Positions 14,149 to 27,289 of a stretch of DNA of 64,000 bases are shown here, one piece after another. How positions within the stretch are numbered: position 1 is the stretch's first letter; each line of letters begins with the position of its first letter. A model generated the notes under the pieces. The model made no database searches, was not told the origin of the DNA, and saw only the letters and a list, made by a program, of their open reading frames with translations. A program made the position numbers and the translations under genes. Source of the DNA: the human T2T-CHM13v2.0 reference genome, Homo sapiens; NCBI RefSeq assembly GCF_009914755.1, contig NC_060935.1; one strand, 5' to 3'.

Positions 14149-14604
14149 TCAGGAAACAACAGGTGCTGGAGAGGATGTGGAGAAATAGGAACACTTTTAC
14201 ACTGTTGGTGGGACTGTAAACTAGTTCAACCATTGTGGAAGTCAGTGTGGCGATTCCTCAGGGATCTAGAACTAGAAATACCATTTGACCCAGCCATCCC
14301 ATTACTGGGTATATACCCAAAGGACTATAAATCATGCTGCTATAAAGACACATGCACACGTATGTTTATTGCGGCACTATTCACAATAGCAAAGACTTGG
14401 AACCAACCCAAATGTCCAACAATGATAGAGCGGATTAAGAAAATGTGGCACATATACACCATGGAATACTATGCAGCCATAAAAAATGATGAGTTCATGT
14501 CCTTTGTAGGGACATGGATGAAATTGGAAACCATCATTCTCAGTAAACTATCGCAAGAACAAAAAACCAAACACCGCATATTCTCACTCATAGGTGGGAA
14601 TTGA
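14149..14604 (+). pseudogene. L1 ORF2p C-terminal 151 aa (CCHC region), in the inverted segment
   Basis: [23 protein letters not shown]...FSLIGGN*. Confidence 0.95.
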
Positions 14605-14704
14605 ACAATGAGATCACTTGGACACAGGAAGGGGAATATCACACTGTGGGGACTGTGGTGGGGTCGGGGGAGGGGGGAGGGATATTTTACCTTTATTTTA
14701 TATG

Positions 14705-15241
14705 ATATGTTTACTCTGAGACCACCATGAGGGAGGTCTCAGGTGTTCCCATCAACACTCCCAGATTAACCCTCAGGTCATAGACAGTAGTAACTGCCAG
14801 TCATTAGAGAGACCTGTTGAAGATAGTGATTAGCAAACTATGGCCCGCAGGCCAAATCGACCCTCTGCCTGTTTTTGAAATTATTTTATTTTAACAAGGC
14901 CACATCTACTCATTGAAATATTGTCTATGATTGCTTTTGCACTACGATATCAAATTAAGGTAGTTGTGACCAACTACTTGGTTTATAAAACCTAAATTAT
15001 TTATCACTTTTCTTTTTGGAAAAACCATACACCTATGTTTAGGACCTCCAGCCTAGTTGAGCCTTCAGATGACTACAGCCCCAGTTGACATCTGACTGCA
15101 AGGGACACTCTGCAAGAATCAACTGGAAGACTTGTTTCCCAAATTCGTGACCCACAAAATCATACATAAAACAATTTTTTAAATTGTTTTGTACAATTAA
15201 ATTTTGGAGTAATTAGTTTCATGGTAATAGAAACAAGAACA
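14705..15241 (+). mobile_element. MLT1 (G/H-like) LTR, 3' part
   Basis: ctgagaccaccatg...gagccttcagatgactacagccccagttgacatctgactgcaa...ttttggagtaatt...aaca. Confidence 0.7.
14824..15037 (+). mobile_element. MER58A (hAT-Charlie)
   Basis: gcaaactatggcccgcaggccaaatc...gcctgttttt...tattgtctatgattgctttt; interrupts the MLT1 LTR. Confidence 0.8.
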
Positions 15242-15371
15242 ATTTGTGCCTTGCTTCTGCTTGTCAAGAAGCTTAGCATTGTGTTCAAAGTCAAGACCAC
15301 AGTCTCAGAATCTTCTGTGAGGCTCTATTTGCTGCCACTGTTTTTGTTTGTTTGTTTGTTTTTAGTAAATA

Positions 15372-15988
15372 CTGTGTCATTCAGGTTTTAATAAAGAAAA
15401 CGGGTACACATGTGTTATTTTAAGAGCAAGAATTCCGTGCAAAGAATTGGCTGAAAGGGCATGAAAGAACTGGAAATGCAAGCGAGGGTTCTGAAGTAAC
15501 ACAGAGACACTAACTGCCAGAAGCAGTTAGGGAAGTATACTTAGGGAAGAATGAACAAATAAATAGAAGAGACTGTGAGAATTAGAACCTTACAGCTTAA
15601 AGGAGACGCTTTTCAGAACTTGGATTTTGACCTCAGAAGAGTTGGTGTTGTCTGATGCAGATATCTCGCGAGATAGAAGAAGCAACTGCTGACCATGGCT
15701 TAATTTGAGTTGGTGCCTCAGGAGCTCAGAGGAGGAATTAGGCAGAGCTGGAGCTCAGAATAAAGAGCAGGCACTGGTTAGCGGATGCTGCCTCTTGGGA
15801 AGGGCCATATGAAACTTGTTCTGGGAATATAAGAAAAACTGGACACAGAGGAAAAAGCCCCAATAATATGAAAGAACAATTACTAGGAACCTGTTGACAG
15901 GGACAGAAAGCAAAAGATAGAAAGCAAAAGAGGAAGCAACAAGCCCCTCTTATATCCTTCAACCATGTAGTCTTCCTCTAGCATCTCC
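15372..15988. mobile_element. Ancient LTR-like element (family uncertain)
   Basis: tgtgtcattcaggttt start and gaagtaacacagagacactaactgccagaagcag motif recall LTR78/79-type elements. Confidence 0.3.
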
Positions 15989-16311
<323 letters not shown>

Positions 16312-16584
16312 TGAAAATGTTGGCCTTTTAAACCCAGGAACACCAAAGAAAGAAAAAATTTCAAAGTAAAATGTTAAAGTAGCCTTGTGTTAAATTGGGT
16401 GATGACATAACTTGGGGTAGATCACTAATAGGAGACATGGAGCTTCATTTGTAGGAAGACAAAATGAATGTATGAGTGTGGGTACTATCAGATTGTACAC
16501 ATCATGTGTATCTGAGAAAAGGGATGGAAAACAAGGCAAAAAGACCTACAGAAGGATACCACAAGAAGTTAAGGGCCACAAGAG

Positions 16585-16732
16585 TAGGCCCTTCCCTACT
16601 AGTCAGGTAGGCTGAGGAGGGAGGGTTGCTTGAGTTCAGGAGTGCAAGATTGTGATGATCTGTAAATGTACATCTGCACTTCAGCCTGGGCAACAGAGTG
16701 AGACTCTATCTCAAAAAAAAAAAAAAAAAAAA
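16585..16732 (+). mobile_element. Old Alu monomer (FAM/FRAM/AluJ right arm)
   Basis: ggctgaggaggagggttgcttgagttcaggag...cagcctgggcaacagagtgagactctatctc + poly(A). Confidence 0.8.
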
Positions 16733-17186
16733 GGACACACTGTGAACACTATGAAAAGCATTTGGAAAAGTTAGAAAATTTGCACATGGATTGAGATTGC
16801 CACTCCTGGTCCAGAGTTCTTTCAGGCCAGCAAAAACTTTTGATAATATGCAAAAAACAAACAAACAAAAAGAATAAATGCTGGAAAGTCAATGGTAACC
16901 TGAAAGAATGATGAAAATATATATCAAACATGAGGGTCATTAGTTCTTTCATAAGCCAACAAAATTTTTTTTAGGCTCTGTGGCTTTAACACATGCTACC
17001 TTATTGCCAGAGATTTTTCCTAATATGTCTGTCTAAACACTCATAGTCTCTCATTTTTCCTAGGTTTCTTCCTAAAGCCACATGACCATCTGATGGGGTC
17101 CAAATTTCTAACTAAGAAAATATTTTCTTTTCTGAAAAATTATTGGCCAAGTGACATATACATTTTGACTAAGTCAGAAACTTCCA

Positions 17187-18920
17187 TTAAACATTGATGA
17201 AAGAATTGAAGAAGAAACAAATACTTGGGAGATATTCTGTGTTCATGAATTGGAAGAATTGCTAATATGTCCATACTACTTAAAGCAATCTGCAAATTCA
17301 GTGCAATATCTATAAAAATTCTATTGACATTTTTCACAGAAATAGTGAAAAAAAGAATCCAACATTCACGTAGAACCATAGAAGACTCACAATAGCAAAA
17401 GCAATCTTGAGCAAAAGGAACAAAGCTGGAAGCCCAATACTACCCAATTTCAAAATATACTACAAAGATTAGTAGTCAAAATGCCATGGCACTGACTTAA
17501 GAACAAACATCTTAACCAATAGAACCTAATAGAGAGTCCAGAAATAAATCTATGCATTGAACGTCAATTGATTTTCAACAGAGCTGCCAAGAAAACACAG
17601 TGGGGAAAGGACAATCTCTTTAATAAACTGTATTGAGAAAACTAGATATCCACATGCTGAATAATGAAATTAGACCCTTACCTCACACTGTACACAAAAA
17701 TCAACTCAAAATAGATTAAAAACAAAGTTGTAGTATAGGAAACTATTAAATCATTGGAAAAAACATAGGGGAAATGCTTCTTGATATTGGTTCAGGAGAT
17801 AATTTTTTAGATATGATTCCAAAATCACAAGCATTAAAACTGAATATAAGCAAATGGGAATACATTAAGCTAAAAATACTTTTGCACAGCAAAAGAAACA
17901 ATCAGCACAGTGCAGAGACAACCTCTGAAATGGAAGAAAATATTTGCATACTAGACATCTGATAAGGGGTTGATATCCAAAATATACAAGGAAACCAAAC
18001 AACTCAATAGCAACAAAACAGGTAACCGGGTTTTAAATATGGGCAAATGATCTGAGTAGATATTTCTCAAAAGAAGTCAGACAAATGGCTACAAGTATAC
18101 AAATAAATGCTCAACATTACTAATAAAGAGGCAAATGCAAATTAAAACTACAATGAGATATCTCCTCACTCCTGTTAGAATGGCTATGATCAAAAAGACA
18201 ACAATGACAAGTGTTGGCAAGGATGTGAAGAAAAAGTAACTCTTGCACACTGTTGGTGGAAGTGGAAATTAGCATAGCCATTATGGAAAACAGTATAGAG
18301 ATTTATCAAAAATTAAAAATAGAAATAAAACATGGTCTATCAATCCTACTTTTTGATATATATACAAAAATTTAATTAGTATGTTGAAAATATGTCTGTA
18401 TTCCCATGTTCCTTGCAGTGTTATTCACAATAGTCAAGATATGGAATCAACCTTTGTCTATCACTGAATGAAGAGAAATAAAATGTGGTATATATACTGG
18501 AATACTACTCAGCCTTACAAAAGAAGGAAATCCTGTCATTCTGTCTGTCACTTGAGACAACATGAATGAACGAGAAGGACATTATTTTAAGCGAAATAAG
18601 CCATTTAGATGAAAGGAATAAATTCAAGAGATTCCATTCAAGAATACAACATGGTGACTATAGTTAATGACAATGTGTTGTATTCTTGAAAATCACTAAC
18701 AGAGTAGATTTTAAGTGCTCTCATCAAACAAAAAATGATAAATATGTGAGGTTATACATGTTATTTAGCTCAATGTAGTCATTCAACATGTATGCATACT
18801 TCAAAACATTGTGTTGTACACAATAAATACACTTTTGTCACTTACAGTAAACACTTTTGTCACTTTTGTATACACTTTTTTGTTAATTAAAATTAATTAA
18901 AAATAGTAAAGTAAAAAATA
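17187..18920 (+). mobile_element. L1MA 3' portion (ORF2 end + 3'UTR with internal deletion)
   Basis: ORF2-like translation (LLDIGSGDNFLDMIPKSQA...KWEYIKLK); L1MA 3'UTR caacatggtgactatagttaat...gagtagattttaagtg. Confidence 0.88.
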
Positions 18921-19011
18921 AGATATATAATTGCATCATTAGAAAGAAAACTTCCACCTATTCCATTTTAATCCACAAGAACATATTAAGGGTCAATAGT
19001 ATATCAGGTAC

Positions 19012-19925
19012 CGTATTAGTCCATTCTCACGCTGCTAATAAAGACTTACCTGAGACTGGGTAATTAATAAAGGAAAGAAGTTTAATTGACTCACATTTTC
19101 ACAAGGCTGGGGAGGCCTTAGGAAAATTACAATCATGCCAGAAGGACATATTTATTGCTTTTTGTGTGATGAGAACACTTAAAATCTACTCTATTAGTGA
19201 TTTTCAAGAATACAACACATTGTCATTAACTGTAGTCACCATGTTGTATTCTTGAATGGAATCTCTTGAACTTATTCCTTTTATCTAAATGGCTTATTTT
19301 GCTTAAAATAATGTCCTTCTGGTTCACTCATGTTGTCTCAAGTGACAGACAGAATGACAGGATTTCCTTCTTTTGTAAGGCTGAATAGTATTCCATTGTA
19401 TATATACCATATTTTATTTATCTCTTCATTCAGTGATAGACACAGGTTGATTCAATATCTTGACTATTGTGAATAACACTGCAAGGAACATGGGAATACA
19501 GACATATCTTCAACATACTAATTACATTTTTGTATATATATCAAAAAGTAGGATTGATAGACCATGTTTTATTTCTATTTTTAATTTTTGATAAATCTCT
19601 ATACTGTTTTCCTTAGTGGCTGTGCTAATTTCCACTTCTACCAATAGTGTGCAAGAGTTACCTTTTCTTCACATCCTTGCCAACACTTGTCATTGTTGTC
19701 TTTTTGATCATAGCCATTCTGACAGGAATCAGTACCCAGCCAAGGGGGGAGCCCTTTATAAAACCATCAAATCTCATGAAAATTAACTCACCATCATGAG
19801 AAGAGGATGGGGGAAACTGCCCTCATGATTCAGTTATCTTCGCCTGGTCCCTCCCACACACGTGAGGATTATGGGAACTACAATTCAAGATGAGAATTGG
19901 GTGGGGACACAGGCAAACCATATCA
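19012..19925 (-). mobile_element. THE1 (C/D-like) solo LTR, interrupted at 19146-19727
   Basis: Termini cgtattagtcc...aaaccatatca; perfect 5-bp TSD ggtac at 19007-19011 and 19926-19930. Confidence 0.92.
19146..19727 (-). repeat. Inverted local duplicate of 18170-18747
   Basis: Manual alignment: about 25 substitutions and two 2-bp indels over ~580 bp; shares private features of the upstream L1MA. Confidence 0.95.
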
Positions 19926-20047
19926 GGTACTATGATAGAAACTAGGAAAAAAATGATGCATAAGACAGATATACCCTCTACCTTTTAGATCCTAGAGATA
20001 GTGCAAGAGAAAAATATTAAATAAAAATTTCCAAGTCTGCTGGATCT

Positions 20048-20221
20048 TAGGGTTGCCAGATTTAGCAAATAAAAATACAAGACACTGTTAAATTTTAACT
20101 TCAGATAAAACCATGTATTTTTAGTTTATGTCCTTTGCAGTATGTGTGACATACCAAAAAATTGCTGTTTATTGGAATTTCAAATTTTACTGGGCATCTT
20201 ATATTTTATATAGCCACCCTA
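20048..20221 (+). mobile_element. MER53 palindromic DNA element
   Basis: tagggttgccagatttagcaaataaaaataca...gccacccta terminal inverted repeats. Confidence 0.85.
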
Positions 20222-20899
20222 GATAAATGTTATAAAGAAAGAATTATAATTTGAGGTATGTTTTCTAACAAGGACTGATCTCTATATCTTAAAGTCCTCT
20301 TAAAATAATAATAAGAATGAGCCAGCTTGAAAAAAGGATTATGCAGTGCATTTCTATGGGACTTTTGTTCCAAATTTATATTGAGATAAACAATCAAAAG
20401 GGTTACCTTTTCTTTAGGAGAGAAATCTTCCCTGAAAAGGACATAGCATTCTACTTTAGGAAATTCCATACAGCTTATGTAGTGTTGTCATCTGTGAACA
20501 TTGTTGAAACTAATCATAAACCTGCAAAGACTACCACATCAACACAGACAAAAACTTCTCAATCAGGATAGGAAGACGTCAGTGTGAGAAACTGGAAAAT
20601 TGGGATATAAATGATAAATTCAGTTGTAGAGAAACATAAAGTTCAAGGGCTAACCTGGATGACAGTCCCATGCTTTTCCATGACAGTCCATGCAGTGACT
20701 GTCACTGTCTCACACATGGTAGGCTGTTGAGAGCTGTTGACTTTTAATTTGGGCATCTGTGTCTTTCGATTTCTGTTTCTTCTTGTACTAATTGGTAAAA
20801 GTGTATTAAGATTTACCTCTAAGATGTCACCACCCAGTAACTAGATTGTAGGCCTAATTCTACCAGTCTATGAGAATTGCCTAGTTTTATTTGAATGCA

Positions 20900-21490
20900 T
20901 TTAATAATGATTATCTCTGACTTTTTTTAGTACTTAATATGTGTTTTGTCTAAAGCTAAATATTTGCTTGTATGCAGTATTTTAATCTTTACAGAAACAT
21001 TAATACATAGAAACTATATTATCTCTATTTGGCAGATTAAAGAACTGAGGTTCAGAGTATTTATTTGTCTAACATTCAGTTACTGAGAAATGATAGATAT
21101 GGGATTAAAACCAAGACAGTCTGATCCCAGAGCATGCACTTTTAATCACTGTGAATTCAGTCTCCAAATGATAATAACTACCAGTTTTTCAGTGCACTGA
21201 GTATTTTATATGCATTATCTTATTTAATCCTAACAAGAACCCTATGAGAACATTAGCTTAAGGAGATCAAGTAACTTTTCCAGGGTCACACAATAAATAA
21301 GTAGCACAGCCAGGATTCAGTCCTAATCTTTCTAATTCCTAAATCATGCTCATAATGACTAGTAAATGATAACTATTTCTTCTTATATAGGAGGAAACTG
21401 ATGATCCTGAAAATTAAGTGGCTGACCTACGTTCACATAGTAACAGGAATGGGACTAATAAATACACCATCTCTTGACTTCTCATTCAAC
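20900..21490 (-). mobile_element. Cluster of about three MIR fragments
   Basis: gaactgaggttcagag; cagggtcacacaa...ccaggattca; gaggaaactga cores. Confidence 0.6.
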
Positions 21491-21894
21491 AAGCTTTTGA
21501 TTATTTCTCTGACGGTTTTCTCATTTAGTTGCTTTCAGTTGATGCTCATTAGTTATCAAATTTAGAGAGACTCTTTCTCTAAGTGGCACTTTCTCCAAAT
21601 CATGACTTCTAATAGAAGTCATGATTTCTGCCATAATCCTCTCTCCAGCAGGCATGGCCTTTAGGGACTCTGCTGACCTTGCCAGCTTGCAAAATTACAA
21701 CTTAAGGGCTTCAAAGGGGCCAAGTGCACAGTTACAGAGTGCATGTATAGCCTGAAATCATGATTTTAAATACGTTGTCTTCCTGTTGCTGGTGATAAAA
21801 TTTGGATGTTGTGTCCTCAGAAGTTAGACATAGATATCAAAAATCTTCAATTTCCACTTATGATTCTGTCTCACTGGAAAATTTGCTTAAATGA

Positions 21895-22315
21895 GAATTT
21901 CCAAAAGTTATGCCACAGAATATTAGTTATTCTGCTAAAAAGGGAATTCACAGCCAAATGCATTTGAAAAATATAAGATAGTATAACCATTTGTGTAGAC
22001 TGATGATAATATCAGAAAGCTAAAGTGTCTGAGAAGGCTGAAAGTTAAGAAACTTGTTTAGATTTATTCAACCCATTGTTTTCCAAACTTTTGATTGATA
22101 ATCAAATCTTTACTGTTATTGCCATTGCTGTGCAAAACCTAATCATTCAATGAATCTAGTGTTATAGTCCAATGTTTTGTAAACTTTAATATGCTAACAA
22201 TTCACAGGGATCTAGTTTAAATGCCAATTTTGATTTATTAGATCTAGGGTGGTCTAGATATTCTGCATATCTAATAAAGCCCTGGTGATGCTGCTGCTAT
22301 GGGTCATTTAGGTAG
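21895..22315. mobile_element. hAT-Charlie fragments (Charlie4-like then MER5-like)
   Basis: MER5 motif ttctgcatatctaataaagccctggtgatgctgctgct; ctgagaaggctgaaagttaagaaacttgttta. Confidence 0.45.
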
Positions 22316-23184
22316 GAAGGTTCATTAGAAAGTACTTTAGAATAATGTTGTAAAGCACTCTCAAATTGATTAATATTTTCCATTGTAGTATATAGAGTGA
22401 AAACCCGAAAAGTCAGCAATGCAGCTAAAAATTGTAAAGGATTGACTTTCACCAAATGCTCTACTCCAAAAAATGGATACAAGGCACAGCTACTCAAATA
22501 ATCATGCTATTTAGTAAGGTGTATTGTAATTCTCAATTAAGCATATCTTACCAACAGAGTTAGGGTAGTAATTTTCCATGTTTTGCATTTTAATAATTTG
22601 TTTCCTAGCTAACATATCTGGGGATAATAAATAATATAGAACAAGCAACCTTTTTCCTACTACCTTGCTAGCACTCTTAATACTAAATTATAAATAAACG
22701 ATAGAAATATTTCAATATATATTTTTTAATATGCCAAAACAACCAGATTAAAGTAAGTCCTAATATAATCTTCACTTTGAAGGTGAAACAACTGGTGAGA
22801 GATTATGTGCCAAAGGTCTCAGATACTACATTGAAACCCAGGTCTGTTCACCCTTAATCCTAATCATAACCACTAAGAAAATCAATAAATTGCACAAGTA
22901 ATAAGGCATTTTATCAGAAAATGTTAGTGCTCATTCACTAATGTCACTTATAAAAGTGTTATAGAGAACATGTTTTTCATCCAGATTTTCTACTCTGTGC
23001 CCAGCTACTGGTGTCTGATTCTCATGCTCTAGCTTGCCAAGAACTCATCTGAGTCCTCTTATACAAGCTTAATAAGACCTGTGTTGGTACCACATATGTC
23101 TGAACCCTCTGCCCTTACTTCTTTTCATTCAAACTTAACAGCCCAGTGTGGGAAACTCTTAATTAGTTTTTAAAAATCTTTACT

Positions 23185-23975
23185 TAATGAAGAAAAATTG
23201 ACTGCTTGTTCCCTAAGATCATGAAACAAAGTAGGATGTCTGTTCTCATCACCTCTATTAAGCATATCCCACTGCAATTTCTAGTAAGTACAATAAGGCA
23301 AGAAAAAGAAATAAAACTGTAAATATTGAAAAAGAAGAAATAAAACTGAGCTTATTTGCAGATAACATGATTGTTTATGTAGAAAATCCCCCAAATATAA
23401 TAAAAACTCCTAGAGCTAATAAGGATATTCAGCTAGGTCTCAGAATACAAGATCAATACACAAAAATCAATTGCACTTCTATATGCTAACAACAAATATA
23501 TGAAAACCAAAATATAAAACAATACAGTTTGCAATTGCTTAAAAGAAAAACCTAACATAAATTGTATATAATCTTGCTGTTCCTTATAAAATGCTGATGA
23601 AAGAAATCTAAGGAGACCTAAACAAATTGAGAGATATACCATGTTCATCTATGGAAAGATTCAATATAGTAAATAAATCAGTTCTCCCTGATATAGCTAT
23701 AGGTTTAATTTAATTATTACTAAGATAATAGGAAGTTTTTTTATAAATATAGACAAGATTATTCTAAAATTTATATGGAAAGCCACAGGATCTGAAATAC
23801 TAAAACAATTTTGAAATAAAAAATAAAGTGGGAGGAATCATTCTACCTGATGTTAATGCTTATAGCTTAGTAGTCAAGATAGAAAAATATTGGCAGAAGG
23901 ATAGACATATAAATCACTGGAACTAGAATAGAGAAGTCACAAACAGATTTACATAATATGTCCAGCTGATTCTTT
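23185..23975 (+). mobile_element. Old L1M (L1MC/MD-like) ORF2 fragment, 5' part
   Basis: ttatttgcagataacatgattgtttatgtagaaaatcc (LFADNMIVYVENP, degenerate RT FADD motif); resumes at ~27681. Confidence 0.8.
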
Positions 23976-25163
23976 TGTTTTTATTATTTTCTTAAAACTA
24001 AGAGCATTATTGAAATATACTGTATACCATAAAACTTACTCTTTTAAATGGTGAAAAATTATGTTTTGTAGAATATTCATAGGGTTACATGACCACCACT
24101 GCTATCCCTTCTTAGAATATTTTCATAATCCTCAAAGAAAACTCCATATCCATTAGTCATCATTTCTCATATTTTCCTCCCCTCAACCCCTAGCAACTCT
24201 TACCTACTTTGTGTCTCTAAGGATTTGCTCATTCTGGACATTTCATATAAATGAAAACAACCAATACATAGTATTTTGTGGCTGGCTTTCAAAGTTTGTC
24301 CTTGTTGTAGCATGTGTCGGTACTTCATTCATTTTATTGCCAAAATTATACCACTGTGTAGACATACCATATTTTTTTATTCATTCATTACTTTGGATTG
24401 CTTCCATTTTTGGTGTTCTTTTTCTCATGCTGGAGCATGTAACTTTTTGTGTCTATCATAAACATTGCTGCTTTTAACATTTCTGTACAAATTTTCATGT
24501 AAACTTTTTTATGTGTTCTCTTTTTCTTGAGTATATACTTATGAATAAATTGCTAGGCCATATGGTATCACATTATGTTTAACATTTTGAGGAACTGCCA
24601 AGCTGTTTTCCAAAGTGGTTGTACCATTTTATAATCCCACTAGCAATGAATGAAAGTTTTAATTTCTTCATATCCTTGTCAGTACTTATTATTATCTGTT
24701 TTTATTTTATCCATTTAGTGTTTGTGAAGTAATATCATATTGTAGTGTTGATTTGCATCTTTTCCCAATGATTCATGAGTTGGAATATCTTTTGTGTTTA
24801 TTAACCATTGTATATCTTCTTTAAAGAAATGAATTTTCAAATCCTTTTCCTATTTTTTTTTTTGAAAAAGGCTTTTAATTTTTCAAATAATTGGGAATTT
24901 TATTTATTTATTTATTTATTTTTATTTTTAATCTTTTTTTTCTTTTATTATTATTATTATTATACTTTAAGTTTTAGGGTACATGTGCACATTGTGCAGG
25001 TTAGTTACATATGTATACATGTGCCATGCTGGTGCACTGCACCCACTAACGTGTCATCTAGCATTAGGTATATCTCCCAATGCTATCCCGCCCCCCTCCC
25101 CCGACCCCACCACAGTCCCCAGAGTGTGATATTCCCCTTCCTGTGTCCATGTGATCTCATTGT

Positions 25164-26771
<1,608 letters not shown>

Positions 26772-26834
26772 AGACCATCGAGACTAGGAAGAAACTGCAT
26801 CAACTAACGAGCAAAATCACCAGCTAACATCATA

Positions 26835-27289
26835 ATGACAGGATCAAATTCACACATAACAATATTAACTTTAAATATAAATGGACTAAATTCTGCAATT
26901 AAAAGACACAGACTGGCAAGTTGGATAAAGAGTCAAGACCCATCAGTGTGCTGTATTCAGGAAACCCATCTCACGTGCAGAGACACACATAGGCTCAAAA
27001 TAAAAGGATGGAGGAAGATCTACCAAGCCAATGGAAAACAAAAAAAGGCAGGGGTTGCAATCCTAGTCTCTGATAAAACAGACTTTAAACCAACAAAGAT
27101 CAAAAGAGACAAAGAAGGCCATTACATAATGGTAAAGGGATCAATTCAACAAGAGGAGCTAACTATCCTAAATATTTATGCACCCAATACAGGAGCACCC
27201 AGATTCATAAAGCAAGTCCTGAGTGACCTACAAAGAGACTTAGACTCCCACACATTAATAATGGGAGACTTTAACACCCCACTGTCAAC
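26835..27289 (+). pseudogene. L1 ORF2p endonuclease N-terminal ~152 aa, truncated
   Basis: MTGSNSHITILTLNINGLN...IQETH...IYAPN...GDFNTPLST, then reads into the flank; lacks the C-terminal catalytic D205/H230 region. Confidence 0.95.

Larger units (their letters stand above)
13158..14699 (-). mobile_element. Young L1 (pre-Ta, ACG/G) insertion: 5'-inverted, with 781-bp 3' transduction
   Basis: 17-bp TSD tattttacctttatttt at 13158-13174 and 14683-14699; two poly(T) tracts (13175-13191, 13973-14001); L1 3'UTR minus 14002-14147; inverted L1 plus 14147-14684; ACG (cgt 14093-14095) and terminal G (c 14010). Confidence 0.92.

Noticed and set aside
19001-19930. Apparent 11-bp direct repeat atatcaggtac around the THE1 LTR
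   Set aside because: On the right, atatca is the LTR terminus itself; the true TSD is the expected 5-bp ggtac, and the extra match is probably coincidental.
20048-20221. Long imperfect palindrome
   Set aside because: Explained by the intrinsic palindromic structure of MER53.
20659-20712. atgacagtcc direct repeat with inverted gactgtca
   Set aside because: Too short to distinguish from an ordinary micro-duplication.
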